This document shows positions 10,724 to 20,973 of a DNA stretch of 64,000 nucleotides, one piece after another. Source of the DNA: a bacterium (GTDB lineage Bacteria > SM23-31); NCBI GenBank assembly GCA_965249485.1, contig OZ252239.1, forward strand, positions 1,824,001-1,888,000, given 5' to 3'. Under the pieces are notes generated by a model. The model worked only from the letters and a program-made list of their open reading frames with translations. It ran no database searches and had not been told where the DNA came from. The translations under genes were made by a program, and so were the position numbers. Each line of letters starts with the position of its first letter. The first letter of the stretch is position 1.

Positions 10724-10927
10724 AAAAACCTCCCGGATTTTGCCATTAACACTAGTAGTAATTGATGGCTATATTTGAATGATGATTCGGTAAAAAGACT
10801 ATTAAAAGATGTAGTGCAGTTTTTTCCCCAGCTGAAAGCAGGCTGTTTTATAATACTAATGGAAGTATGGGTACATACTTGGAAATTATGATATATATGT
10901 GGCTTGTACAAGCAAAATCTACTCCCC

Positions 10928-10951
10928 GGGCTGTACGATTTGCGAACCATT
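10928..10951 (+). repeat. Conserved inter-cassette site, copy 4
   Basis: GGGCTGTACGATTTGCGAACCATT. Confidence 0.9.
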
Positions 10952-11048
10952 ATATATGAAGAAAGTATACAAATCATTGACGAAATTTCATAAAAAACTG
11001 ACACGTTATGTATCAGCCCTTTCATCGTTATCAGAAATCAGAGTTTGG

Positions 11049-12539
11049 TTATTTAATAAATGTCATCCGTTTTATATCAGTAAAATCTCCAGTCTGAATT
11101 CTTACAAAGTAAACACCGGATGACACCAATTGTCCCGCATTGTTCTTCCCGTCCCATACAGCTTCATTCCTTCCTGCGGGAATGACAGTATCAATGAGAT
11201 TTTTTATTTCCTGACCCCGAGTATTATAAATCCTCACAGAGACGTGAATGGTTTTGGGCAGATTAAACCGGATTATCGTTTCCGGATTGAACGGATTTGG
11301 ATAATTCTGTCCAATGAAGTATTCCTTTATATTGCCGGGGTTGTTATTCACGGAGGTTACAATTGTTGGTTGAATGCGGTATATTTTACCGTCGAACGCA
11401 AGAGAATACAATTCATTATCTCTATCGACACCGAGTGAGGATATGGAAAGATCAGAGTCTATGAGTTGTGTGTTAACCGGAGGATTCACACCGTCATACT
11501 CCAAAGACCATATCCTCCCGCTTGTAAAATCAGTATATATATACCTGCCCTTCAATTCAGGAACGAGCGTTCCCCTGTATACATATCCTCCGGTTACCGA
11601 TGCTCCCAGGCTGTGGTCATATTCCCAGACGGGTGTTTGTAATCCGGTCAACGAGCATCCAGACGGAGGATTAAAGCATGAAGAACCTTCGATGATATTC
11701 CAACCATAGTTGCCTCCACTTTCAACGATGTCTATTTCCTCGATAGAATTTTGACCCACATCGGCAACCCAGAAATTACCGGTTACAGAATCAAAACTGA
11801 ACCTCCACGGATTGCGTAAACCGTATGCATATATTTCTTCTTTAAAACCGACAATATTCCCGGCAAAAGGATTATCAGGCGGTATTCGGTAATTGTTGTC
11901 CGGTGATTGACTGTCCACATCAATACGCAGCATTGCCCCGAGTAGTGTACTTTTATTCTGACCGTGGCCTAGCGGATCTCCGCCAGATCCCCCGTCACCG
12001 AGCCCAATATAAAGGTAACCATCGGGACCGAATGCAAGCTGTCCACCGTTGTGATTCGGGAATGGCTGCGATACCTCAAGGATAATAAACTCGGAATCGT
12101 TTAAGGCGGCAGTCCCGTCATCAGGATTGACACTGTATCGCGCTATAACCGTTCTGTCCGGATTCGACGCGGTATAGTTAACATAAAAAAACCCATTTAC
12201 TGCGTAGTTCGGGTGAAATGCCACCCCCAGAAGCCCTTCCTCATTGCCGGAATCGTTGACTCTGTCTCTGATGTCGAGAAAATTAGAGGATGTGGATGCA
12301 TTCATGGAATTATCAAAACCCAGAACGATACCCTGTTGCTCGATGACAAAAAGTTTATTGCTTCCGCTGTTTGGGTGTTGAAGATCAACCGGCCGGACAA
12401 AAGTCAGATTCGGAAATGCCTGCTCGAGATCGAACTGTGCATACGTACTGACTGCGCACGGGAATAGAAAGAATAATGATACGATCAATTTACTTATCAC
12501 GTCTGTCAATATTGTACACCATAAAAACATGTCTAACAC
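11049..12539 (-). CDS. PQQ-dependent glucose/sorbosone dehydrogenase with C-terminal FlgD-like secretion domain
   Basis: EEGLLG, NHNGG, GLRNPWR. C-terminal QNYPNPFNP...SGVYF. Confidence 0.9.
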   Translation of the reverse strand: MLDMFLWCTILTDVISKLIVSLFFLFPCAVSTYAQFDLEQAFPNLTFVRPVDLQHPNSGSNKLFVIEQQGIVLGFDNSMNASTSSNFLDIRDRVNDSGNEEGLLGVAFHPNYAVNGFFYVNYTASNPDRTVIARYSVNPDDGTAALNDSEFIILEVSQPFPNHNGGQLAFGPDGYLYIGLGDGGSGGDPLGHGQNKSTLLGAMLRIDVDSQSPDNNYRIPPDNPFAGNIVGFKEEIYAYGLRNPWRFSFDSVTGNFWVADVGQNSIEEIDIVESGGNYGWNIIEGSSCFNPPSGCSLTGLQTPVWEYDHSLGASVTGGYVYRGTLVPELKGRYIYTDFTSGRIWSLEYDGVNPPVNTQLIDSDLSISSLGVDRDNELYSLAFDGKIYRIQPTIVTSVNNNPGNIKEYFIGQNYPNPFNPETIIRFNLPKTIHVSVRIYNTRGQEIKNLIDTVIPAGRNEAVWDGKNNAGQLVSSGVYFVRIQTGDFTDIKRMTFIK

Positions 12540-12594
12540 ATGGATTGAAATACTACGTGGTACATATTACTTTAACATGTTATTTCTGCTCCCC

Positions 12595-12618
12595 GGGCTA
12601 TAGGATTTGTGAACGTTT
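12595..12618 (+). repeat. Conserved inter-cassette site, copy 5 (degenerate)
   Basis: GGGCTATAGGATTTGTGAACGTTT preceded by TTCTGCTCCCC. Confidence 0.75.
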
Positions 12619-12641
12619 ACGTTGGTTTTCATCGATGCATT

Positions 12642-13457
12642 TTACGGATAGTGCTGTATCGTAAACGATTCGGCACTGTAATTTCCATCCGGCAAAACGG
12701 TCGGTAACCTATACTCCGGATTTGTAAGCAGTTCGTAGACAGCAGGGTCACCGGATAGCACGTCTTCTCTCGTTCTCAAATACCATTGATCGCCCCCCCG
12801 GTCAAAACTCCCGGGATAATCTTGTCCTCCCAATATTGAGGTCATTGCCCAGTGAATATACTCAGAAATCTGGCATCGATAATGACAGGATTCGTCATAA
12901 TAGGTGTACCAGGCTGCTTCGGGGTATTGTTCCGGGACTGCTTCAAAATGTCCTCCTCGTGCCGCGTCCATTGCTTTTGTTATCTCGGTTACACCATTTC
13001 TGCCAAATACAAAAGGGTATGCACCGGCCCATCCGTAGTCAGTTATCAGGTGCAGTATTTCTTCGAGTGCTTCGTTGTACATACCGTTCGTTCCAAGCGG
13101 GCGTATGTTATCAGTCCATACATTTTGCCAGTTGCTAAACGGGACATTAATTGCCTGCAAATCTGCGCTGTTCTTTGCGACAACCTGAGTAGCATTGCTG
13201 TTGACCATCGCATCGACGATTAACTGGTTGTCGGGTATTCCGTCTTCATCGTTATCGAGGTATTCAGCCAGCACGTTCGCGGCATGAATGATTTTATCAT
13301 CAGGTGAAGCCGCGGTCGCAATGACATGAATGCCAAATACTTCTGTTTGCTTGGTGAAGCCAATAACAGGATCAGAAGTAATTACGTTCTTTTCGTCGCA
13401 GCCGACAAGGATAAGAAAACCGATAAGAATAGATATTGGAGCAGATAGATGTTTCAT
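12642..13457 (-). CDS. Hypothetical lipoprotein, possible zincin-like fold
   Basis: Lipobox LVGC. EEILH...EY motif. Confidence 0.6.
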   Translation of the reverse strand: MKHLSAPISILIGFLILVGCDEKNVITSDPVIGFTKQTEVFGIHVIATAASPDDKIIHAANVLAEYLDNDEDGIPDNQLIVDAMVNSNATQVVAKNSADLQAINVPFSNWQNVWTDNIRPLGTNGMYNEALEEILHLITDYGWAGAYPFVFGRNGVTEITKAMDAARGGHFEAVPEQYPEAAWYTYYDESCHYRCQISEYIHWAMTSILGGQDYPGSFDRGGDQWYLRTREDVLSGDPAVYELLTNPEYRLPTVLPDGNYSAESFTIQHYP

Positions 13458-13616
13458 AATGATTCCTTTCGATTACTACGTCTGAGTTTCCCGGTATCAA
13501 TTCTCTGAATAGTTTAATTGGGGTGTGTATCATCCGGCTCTTCGGATTGAGTGAGTTGCACTACGGGTTTCTTTTGTATATGTATTGTTTTAAAGAATAC
13601 TACGTGAATGACACTG

Positions 13617-14564
13617 TTACATACCAAACAATTCATCAAGGAGTGAGGGGAAAGGTGGTGTCATTAAATTCGGAACGGTTTGCTGAAATAGCTGCCACGA
13701 CAGAGGAAGTTTTTCCCGTACGTCAGTTGGATTGCGGATCCCTGTCCATTCCGAATCCGGACCAAACGGCTCCATATAATCCCACGCTGTAAAGATGACC
13801 CAATATGCAAATTCCTGTATTATAATCCTGAGATAGTGACTATCAAGTTTATTATATTGCGTGACGTTGTAATGTCCTTTATCAATTGCTTCCTGCATAG
13901 CATAATAGACGTCCGACGTTTTCGAAGTACCCCATTCGTCCGGAAATGTGTGATGAAATCCAACACGTGTTACAAAGTGTAAGATATGCTCCATTACCTC
14001 ATTCACTTGTCGCGGTCCTGGTTCACTTTCATAAATCACATCAACAACACTGTACTGATTCGTTAAATCATCAAACTGGGGCTGCTCCTGGGAAGAGAGT
14101 GTACGGCGATCTTTAAAGAGTGGGATCACAGCTTTATATCTGTACAGGTTTGTAATTAATCCTTCCTGCAACTCAGTATCGATAAACTCATCTTGCGGAA
14201 ACATTTCCTCGATAGTTCGGGCAACATTCTCCATAAAATCATCGGAGATTTCGTCCCGGCCGACCAAAATCATACCGTTAACGGTGAGTTTTTTTGTGAA
14301 CGGCGGGTATTCGTTTGACTGAATGATGCCGCTTTTCTGATAGAGATCGTCCGGCACTTCACCCGTAGGTTGAATTACGGGAGGTATCAATGAATCGTCA
14401 TATTCCTGATCAATATTCCCCGAATTTGTCGGAGTAACTACTGAAGTGTCTGAACTGCACGAGTACAGAAGTAAGGTCAATGCAAAGATTACACAATAAA
14501 CGTGTCGAGTTGACATAATTGGGTTACTTACTTTTAGACTGATATTCTCCATATCAATTCTCAC
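13617..14564 (-). CDS. Hypothetical lipoprotein, distant paralog of 12642..13457
   Basis: Lipobox LYSC. EHILH...EF motif. True start probably an internal ATG. Confidence 0.6.
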   Translation of the reverse strand: MRIDMENISLKVSNPIMSTRHVYCVIFALTLLLYSCSSDTSVVTPTNSGNIDQEYDDSLIPPVIQPTGEVPDDLYQKSGIIQSNEYPPFTKKLTVNGMILVGRDEISDDFMENVARTIEEMFPQDEFIDTELQEGLITNLYRYKAVIPLFKDRRTLSSQEQPQFDDLTNQYSVVDVIYESEPGPRQVNEVMEHILHFVTRVGFHHTFPDEWGTSKTSDVYYAMQEAIDKGHYNVTQYNKLDSHYLRIIIQEFAYWVIFTAWDYMEPFGPDSEWTGIRNPTDVREKLPLSWQLFQQTVPNLMTPPFPSLLDELFGM

Positions 14565-14703
14565 AAGAAATTATTGGGATTGTGCTGATATATGATTCTG
14601 ATTTAGATGTGGTGTACCTGGTCAGAGCGTATCAGTTGCGTAGATGTATTTCATATAAATAGTAAGATATACATCTGGCTTTTACAAGTAATATCTACTC
14701 CCC

Positions 14704-14727
14704 GGGCTGTACGATGTGCGAATTTAA
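14704..14727 (+). repeat. Conserved inter-cassette site, copy 6
   Basis: GGGCTGTACGATGTGCGAATTTAA. Family A leader at 14549-14703. Confidence 0.85.
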
Positions 14728-14736
14728 ACAGCTTTA

Positions 14737-16095
14737 TTATTCTTGACCAGGTGATTCGTGACGCGGAATGAAGATCTGTCCGTCTTTGACAACAATGTAT
14801 CCATCACGGATAACCAGATCAGTATTTGCAAGGTCATCAAGGTCTACATCAGGCCTGCCGTCAACCACGAGAACATCGGCTAGTTTTCCCGGCTCTAAAG
14901 TTCCCAGCTTGTCGTCCATATCAAGGATCTCTGCGCTCGTCTCTGTGGCAGCAACAAGGACTCCTGAAATAGTATACCCACCCTCGACAAAATTCTTTAA
15001 CTCTGAAATATAAGTTTCGGGCAAAAGTTCAGGGTTCAAATCTATCCCAATTCCCATTTTTATTCCGGCACTTTTCTGTTTCCGAAACAAATCCATAACT
15101 GTTACCTTTGATAAGGTTATCTGGTCGATGGTCGAAGGATCCATGAAAACAGGAATTGACTCTATTTCTTTTTCCGCCATCATCCTGATAGTCTCATCTG
15201 TGCGGGGCGCCATCTTCTCTACAACGTCTACCGAGGTTTCAACCGCCCACTCAAGATAGTACAAGCCAGTAATCCAGGATGAACCCCAAGAATGAATACC
15301 GGCGTCTACAGCCACCTTTATACCTAAAGCGTGTGCTTCTTCTATGGCTGCTGCAATCTCTTCACGACTAAAATGACTGGTGATACTGATCAGATCAGCA
15401 CCATTATCATATTGTGCACGCACAGCTTTTCGCCATTCATCCCGTCCGTCAGCGGTGCGTTCCGATTCGACCGGTTGGTTTTTAAACTGTCTTCCCTCAG
15501 CCTGATGTCCCCCAGTGCCGGTAATGGCTTGCCCGGCAGCAAAGACTCTGGGACCGGGAATTCGATTCTGGGATACTAATTCTTTTAGTCGGAATGGTAT
15601 ATTTCCATGTGATGAAGCATCACGAATACTTGTGACACCGCTTTCGATATAATAGCGAAGACGCTCAACGGCAATAAGCGTGTACATTGGATCATAATCA
15701 ATGTGTGGAATTATTTCAGTTAAATGAGTATGGAGATCAATAAGACCCGGCAGTATAGTTTTCCCCGCAACATCTATCACCTGTGCATTCCCGGGCCAAT
15801 CAGTAGATCCGGGCGATAGGATCTTTTTAATTTTGTTCCGTTCAATGACAATAGTTCCGTTGCGTACTGCCGCACCAGTCCCATCAAATATCCTCCCTCC
15901 AGTTAAAACTAATGTACCTTCGGGACCCTGCTGACCCTGAGGAATTGGAATACGCCGGGGATCGTCAGTGGTTACTGTATTTTCATTGATCCATGTTCTC
16001 CGGTTCTGTGCCCGTTCCTGGCTCAGCACTGATCCGTAGAATATGAGTAACCCGATAAGACAAGAAAAAATAGACTTTGTAAGTAAATTCCTAAT
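14737..16095 (-). CDS. Amidohydrolase-family protein (probable ATT start)
   Basis: PGLIDLHTH and GKLAD motifs. Frame extends upstream to ATT at 16095, 8 nt after AAGGAGG. Confidence 0.8.
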   Translation of the reverse strand: MRNLLTKSIFSCLIGLLIFYGSVLSQERAQNRRTWINENTVTTDDPRRIPIPQGQQGPEGTLVLTGGRIFDGTGAAVRNGTIVIERNKIKKILSPGSTDWPGNAQVIDVAGKTILPGLIDLHTHLTEIIPHIDYDPMYTLIAVERLRYYIESGVTSIRDASSHGNIPFRLKELVSQNRIPGPRVFAAGQAITGTGGHQAEGRQFKNQPVESERTADGRDEWRKAVRAQYDNGADLISITSHFSREEIAAAIEEAHALGIKVAVDAGIHSWGSSWITGLYYLEWAVETSVDVVEKMAPRTDETIRMMAEKEIESIPVFMDPSTIDQITLSKVTVMDLFRKQKSAGIKMGIGIDLNPELLPETYISELKNFVEGGYTISGVLVAATETSAEILDMDDKLGTLEPGKLADVLVVDGRPDVDLDDLANTDLVIRDGYIVVKDGQIFIPRHESPGQE

Positions 16096-16191
16096 ACTCT
16101 ATACCTCCTTATTAGCTTTGCATTAATTTGAGCAGTAATGATATAAATAGTAAAGTATATATAATACTTCTACAAGTGTTTTTTGTTCCCC

Positions 16192-16215
16192 GAGGTGTAC
16201 GATGTGCGAACCTTT
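16192..16215 (+). repeat. Conserved inter-cassette site, copy 7
   Basis: GAGGTGTACGATGTGCGAACCTTT. Confidence 0.85.
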
Positions 16216-16257
16216 ACGTTCGAAAATATTAGACAGATTATTGATGTGATTTTAAAT

Positions 16258-16287
16258 AAAAAGGCTGACTCATATGAATCAGCCTTT
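16258..16287 (-). terminator. Probable intrinsic terminator
   Basis: AAAGGCTGA...TCAGCCTTT inverted repeat with a minus-strand T tract, downstream of 16413..17819. Confidence 0.6.
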
Positions 16288-16412
16288 GAAATCTTGTAGC
16301 AAGCACTATTTTTCAGCATCCGGATTGTTCTGTAACAAGCGATACGAGCAACAACGACACAAACAACTCAATAAACACTAAAGAAAACTCCTCCGTTCTT
16401 GCAGCTTTGGGC

Positions 16413-17819
16413 TTAATGGATCAGTAAAATTCGCTCATTTGGCGGATGAAGAAATTCAACTCCCCGGCTGGAGATAATGTGGTTACCTTCTATATTAAGG
16501 GAAACCGGAAATCCGGGTCTTTCAGGAACGTTTGTAGCGATTACATATTCAAATGAAAATAGATGATTTTCCTGAACCGTTATATGATCTCGATCCGACC
16601 GAAATGCCGCCATTGAGGGCCCGACAGTAACCAGGCTGCCGGTATGATGACCCATACTGTGAAGGTCAATGGAAAAGCTTGACTGATTTGTATTCGCTAA
16701 TTTCTCCTGTACATTCATATAGTTTTCCGGGGATTCATCTGTATAAGGAGTATAAATATAGTCTGCCGCTTTCATTGCCGCGATTATATCGTTCAAAGTT
16801 TCCCCGGCGGTTTTACCAACTTTTACCTGTGTCCGAATGATCTTGCGGGCTGCTATCGCTCGATCATAAGCATGTTGCAAACTCGCGGGGACACTTGTTT
16901 CACCTTCCCTCATGATATATGCATTACGCTTATAATCTGTCCCAAAGTAGTCCAGATATCTTACCCCGGTATCAAACGACAAAAAATCACCGCGCTGTAG
17001 AACGTATTGAGAAGAGCGTGTCTCGGATTGATCTGAAACAGCAGAATAGACAACTCCGGGACTGCCTGCCCCACTACCATATCCCCTTGTTAAACCCCGC
17101 TTAAAAAATTCCTCTTTAACCCACCAGCCTACATCCTCCCTTGTCGTTACACCCGGTGTGATTACTTCATTCGACAATGCACGCTCTTGAATCTGACGAT
17201 GTACTTCCAGTGCATTGGTCATGAGTGTCACTTCCCTCAAGATCCTTCTTGTTCTGAAATCGGTAATCACATTCTCTGCAGACACAATTCTCGATGAATA
17301 TTTAGGGCCTAATATTTTTTCCAGTCTCACGTATTGCGAATGTGAAATCCCGTCTGCAATAGCGAGCCAGTCGGATGTGTTGACTGCAATTGTTTTCGGA
17401 TCACGCTCTTCTACAAACTTTGTTATTTCGTCCCAGACTCCGGGATCCAGTTTATTGCTATAACCGTTAAAAGCTCGTCCGACTTCGCGAGAGCCTCGTA
17501 TGTCAATATTCGCGACAGCTCCTGCACGGCCAAACGCAGCTCTCTCAATCCTGTCACCCAGGTCTGTAAAAATCAGATAACCAGACGTCGATCCAAAATT
17601 CTCAGCCATTGGATCGGGGTCTCCCGCACGGGTGACGTGAATCCACATGTCTACATTATTGTCGCGCATGGCCCCCGGCAGAATAAGGTCAAGTTTTTCG
17701 TTTCTTATCAGCCGAAGGACTTCCCCGCCGGTCTTTGCCGTATGTACACCCGGCTGCGCATTGACATTAGGTACTGTGAACAGCACAGCAAATAAAAAAA
17801 TCATACCTCGAGATTTCAT
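16413..17819 (-). CDS. Secreted M24 (Xaa-Pro aminopeptidase-like) metallopeptidase
   Basis: Signal peptide. FDTG/GTDY/DLH/FEY/IEG metal-ligand pattern. Confidence 0.8.
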   Translation of the reverse strand: MKSRGMIFLFAVLFTVPNVNAQPGVHTAKTGGEVLRLIRNEKLDLILPGAMRDNNVDMWIHVTRAGDPDPMAENFGSTSGYLIFTDLGDRIERAAFGRAGAVANIDIRGSREVGRAFNGYSNKLDPGVWDEITKFVEERDPKTIAVNTSDWLAIADGISHSQYVRLEKILGPKYSSRIVSAENVITDFRTRRILREVTLMTNALEVHRQIQERALSNEVITPGVTTREDVGWWVKEEFFKRGLTRGYGSGAGSPGVVYSAVSDQSETRSSQYVLQRGDFLSFDTGVRYLDYFGTDYKRNAYIMREGETSVPASLQHAYDRAIAARKIIRTQVKVGKTAGETLNDIIAAMKAADYIYTPYTDESPENYMNVQEKLANTNQSSFSIDLHSMGHHTGSLVTVGPSMAAFRSDRDHITVQENHLFSFEYVIATNVPERPGFPVSLNIEGNHIISSRGVEFLHPPNERILLIH

Positions 17820-18102
17820 GACTTTTTCCTCTCTTGATTAAAAGTGGTTTTTTGATACTATTTATTTGTGAATTGCTTCAAGTGTGGTCAAACTATGTGA
17901 CATCAAGATTTTTGCAACGGTTTGTTCATAAACCATATGCAACCTGAGAGCACTCTGTCGGATTATTAAGAGTACTATTAATGGTAAAGAATGCACGTTA
18001 ATATTACAAGTATTATTTACTAATTTCCTTCCGTAAGTCGCCTTTCCCGATAACTCTCCACCTGCTTAATTCATAGACAACAATTCAAACCTTAGTGGTC
18101 TA

Positions 18103-18230
18103 CTATACGATTACTCACCAGATAAACACAGTCCTTCTATTTCTAAATTTTTTCAGATATTTTACGAGGGGTTATAAGTATGATGGGTGCTTCCGGGAAT
18201 GATATGGTATGTCGTGAAATCTCACCTTGC
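18103..18230 (+). repeat. Left half-site CTATACGAT joined to alternative arm (TACT...GTGAAATC)
   Basis: About 120-bp block homologous to 22122-22250. Confidence 0.65.
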
Positions 18231-18449
18231 CAATTCTTGTCACAATTCGTATGTTATAGTGGCAATGGTGACATGTGTGACAGTTAATGAGAGTGTGTAA
18301 AGAAACGGCAGCCATGGAGAAATTTAATGAATTATCAATGCATCAATAGGGCCTGCCCATGGCAAAACCAGGTGTCTGGAACTGAAGATGCCAGCAACGA
18401 AATAGTAACCATGTATCAGACATGGTGCTCATGTATCGGGAGGTATAGT

Positions 18450-20021
18450 ATGAAAGCTACAAGAATCTATTTGGCATGGTTGTTATCACTGTTTACCGCG
18501 GTGTCTTCTGTATATGCACAAGAACCGGTGCACTGGGATGTAGTCCAGGAGATCGTGGAAGAAGGATTTGAGAATTCTGAATTATTGGAAAACGTGAGCT
18601 GGATGACCGATGTATTCGGACCGCGGTTGGCACGGTCGCCCGGATACCTTGCCGCTGCGGAATGGGCGAAGGAGAAATTTGAGGACTATGGCCTGGAAAA
18701 CGCCCAATTGGATGAATATGAGTTTGGTGTTGGCTGGAACCTCGAATATACTTCTGTAGATATGATGGCCCCGCAGTATATGCCGGTAATTGCCTACCCT
18801 CAAGCATGGTCTTCCCCGACAGAAGGGAGAATCCGGGGTCCGGTAGTGTATATCAATTTTCAGGAAATCTCCTCGGAAAAGGATTTGGACAGATACAGAG
18901 GAAAATTACGAAATGCCATCATTTTTACGGTGCCGGAACAAAAAATGTACCTGAATCGGAAACCGGATGCAGTGTTCCTTACGGATGAGCAGCTCGACGC
19001 GATGGCGGAAATTCCTACATCGGCAGAAATGGCAGAAGAGATTCGTATTATTCCGCGTCCTGTCGAACTGGACCGCCGTGTCCCCCCGGTGTATCAGTAT
19101 CCGAGGAGGAAAATAATTGATTTTCTTTTATCCGAAGGGATAGCCGCGATTGCCAGTACGGATGGATTTTATGACGATGGTACGGTGCAGGTAACCAGTG
19201 TGGCACAACGAGCGTGGTCACCTGATGCTCCGAAGCATCCAACCTCGTTTATATTTGCCGCAGAACATTATAACCGCATTATGCGAATTCTTGAGAAGGA
19301 TATCCCTGTTGAATTAGAAGTTGAGTTGAGGGCTGTCTATTCCGAAAGAGACCTGACGGCTCACAATGTTATCGCTGAAATTCCCGGAACCGACCTGGCG
19401 GATGAAGTGGTTATCGCAGCAGCACATTACGACGGCACCATATCCGGTACCGGTACCGGAGATAATGCAACCGGTGCAGGCCACGTTATGGAAGCAGCCC
19501 GAATTTTAAAAGCAATCGGGGTTAAGCCCCGCCGAACAATTCGCTTTGCCTTATGGGACGGCCATGAATCAGGCAATTCGGGAGCCCGCTCTTATATGGC
19601 CCGAAACTACTTTAATCCTGAAACAGGAGAGCAGCTTCCAGATTATGAAAAACTTGCCGGATATTATAATCTTGACTATGGGACGGGCAAAATCCGCGGT
19701 ATTTATCTTATGAATAATCTCCGTGCTAAACCCATTTTTGCGGAATGGATGAAACCGTTTCACGATATGGGTATGAAGCATTCCTTTTATGTCGCAAGCT
19801 ATGACGCCGGCACAGAAGGATACGATACGGTAGGACTGCCGGCATTTAAATTCTGTCAGGACGCGGTCGAGAACGATATGCGTGCTTATCATACGAACAT
19901 GGACGTATTTGACCGTATTGTTCCGGAATACTTCAAGCAGGGAGCGGTGATTGTAGCAAGTTTTCTTTATCACACGGCTATGCGCGATGAAAAACTCCCC
20001 GGTGCTCCCGGGCAGGATTGA
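18450..20021 (+). CDS. Secreted M28-family peptidase
   Basis: AHYD, GDNATG, GHESG, NLD and YHT motifs. GGAGG upstream of ATG 18450. Confidence 0.85.
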   Translation: MKATRIYLAWLLSLFTAVSSVYAQEPVHWDVVQEIVEEGFENSELLENVSWMTDVFGPRLARSPGYLAAAEWAKEKFEDYGLENAQLDEYEFGVGWNLEYTSVDMMAPQYMPVIAYPQAWSSPTEGRIRGPVVYINFQEISSEKDLDRYRGKLRNAIIFTVPEQKMYLNRKPDAVFLTDEQLDAMAEIPTSAEMAEEIRIIPRPVELDRRVPPVYQYPRRKIIDFLLSEGIAAIASTDGFYDDGTVQVTSVAQRAWSPDAPKHPTSFIFAAEHYNRIMRILEKDIPVELEVELRAVYSERDLTAHNVIAEIPGTDLADEVVIAAAHYDGTISGTGTGDNATGAGHVMEAARILKAIGVKPRRTIRFALWDGHESGNSGARSYMARNYFNPETGEQLPDYEKLAGYYNLDYGTGKIRGIYLMNNLRAKPIFAEWMKPFHDMGMKHSFYVASYDAGTEGYDTVGLPAFKFCQDAVENDMRAYHTNMDVFDRIVPEYFKQGAVIVASFLYHTAMRDEKLPGAPGQD

Positions 20022-20259
20022 AAAAATTGAACACAGACCCGTCACTATCACTTTTGTAGTATAATTTTTTCTGTATGAACCGCTATACGCTGGGAATTGA
20101 CCGGTCTGGACGACGAGATCAGGAATCTGTGGTAATTGTACATACCATACTATTGAATACTTACGTCCCTCATGTATGTCGTCAGAATAAGTTGGAATTT
20201 ATTGATTAAAAATTTAGAGATGCTTTTAGTTTTTACGAGGATATTCTAATCCTCAATAG

Positions 20260-20688
20260 TTATTTCTTCATCAATGCATCCACGCTCAGTCCATCCCTTT
20301 CACGCGGAACCATAAGGATAAAAACAACCAGGACAAGGAGGGAAAAGATGTGGCCAGATATATCGAAGAACGGCTCCTTGAGGAGATGGCCATAGGTCAC
20401 TATAACAAGCGTCGATCCTAGAACTGCAAGGCTTTCCTTCACTCTGAATCCGAGACACAATAGCCCACCAGCGATTAATTCTAGAAAAGGTATCATAAAT
20501 CCCATAGTCCACAATAGTCATATAGGAATCCAAGTATCCTGGTAGCCACCAACAAAATTTCCACAGGCAAAATCGACCGCACCTATTGCGAACACCTTGT
20601 GAAATCCATACATCATGAACATTAATCCGAGTATCATCCGCACGAAAAACAGAGCCATCGAAACGCTGTCGAATTTCAATTTTCTCAT
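20260..20688 (-). pseudogene. DoxX-family membrane protein with in-frame TGA
   Basis: R..LGLMF..YG..K and EL.AG.LL.LG motifs. Reads ...DTWIPI*LLWTMG in a single frame. Confidence 0.7.
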
Positions 20689-20869
20689 ATTTGATCTCCT
20701 ATATGTAATAACTGATATTCCCCATATCAATTCTCTAATAGATATTAATAAGGATTTTGTCGAGTTATGATGCTTTTTTAAGATGTGATATACTTCGTAA
20801 AAGCATACAGGTATTTTGATAGAAATGATATGGTATTTATTTAGTTTTTACAAGGATTTTTTACTCCTC

Positions 20870-20893
20870 AGGCTGTACGATTTGCGAACCGTT
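20870..20893 (+). repeat. Conserved inter-cassette site, copy 8
   Basis: AGGCTGTACGATTTGCGAACCGTT. Family A leader at 20721-20869. Confidence 0.9.
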
Positions 20894-20973
20894 GAGGTAA
20901 GTTTAAATCTGTCCAAAATTTTCTGAATCCCAACAGTTTTTGGCATTTAGTTCGTTTTCCATATCTGTTATCA

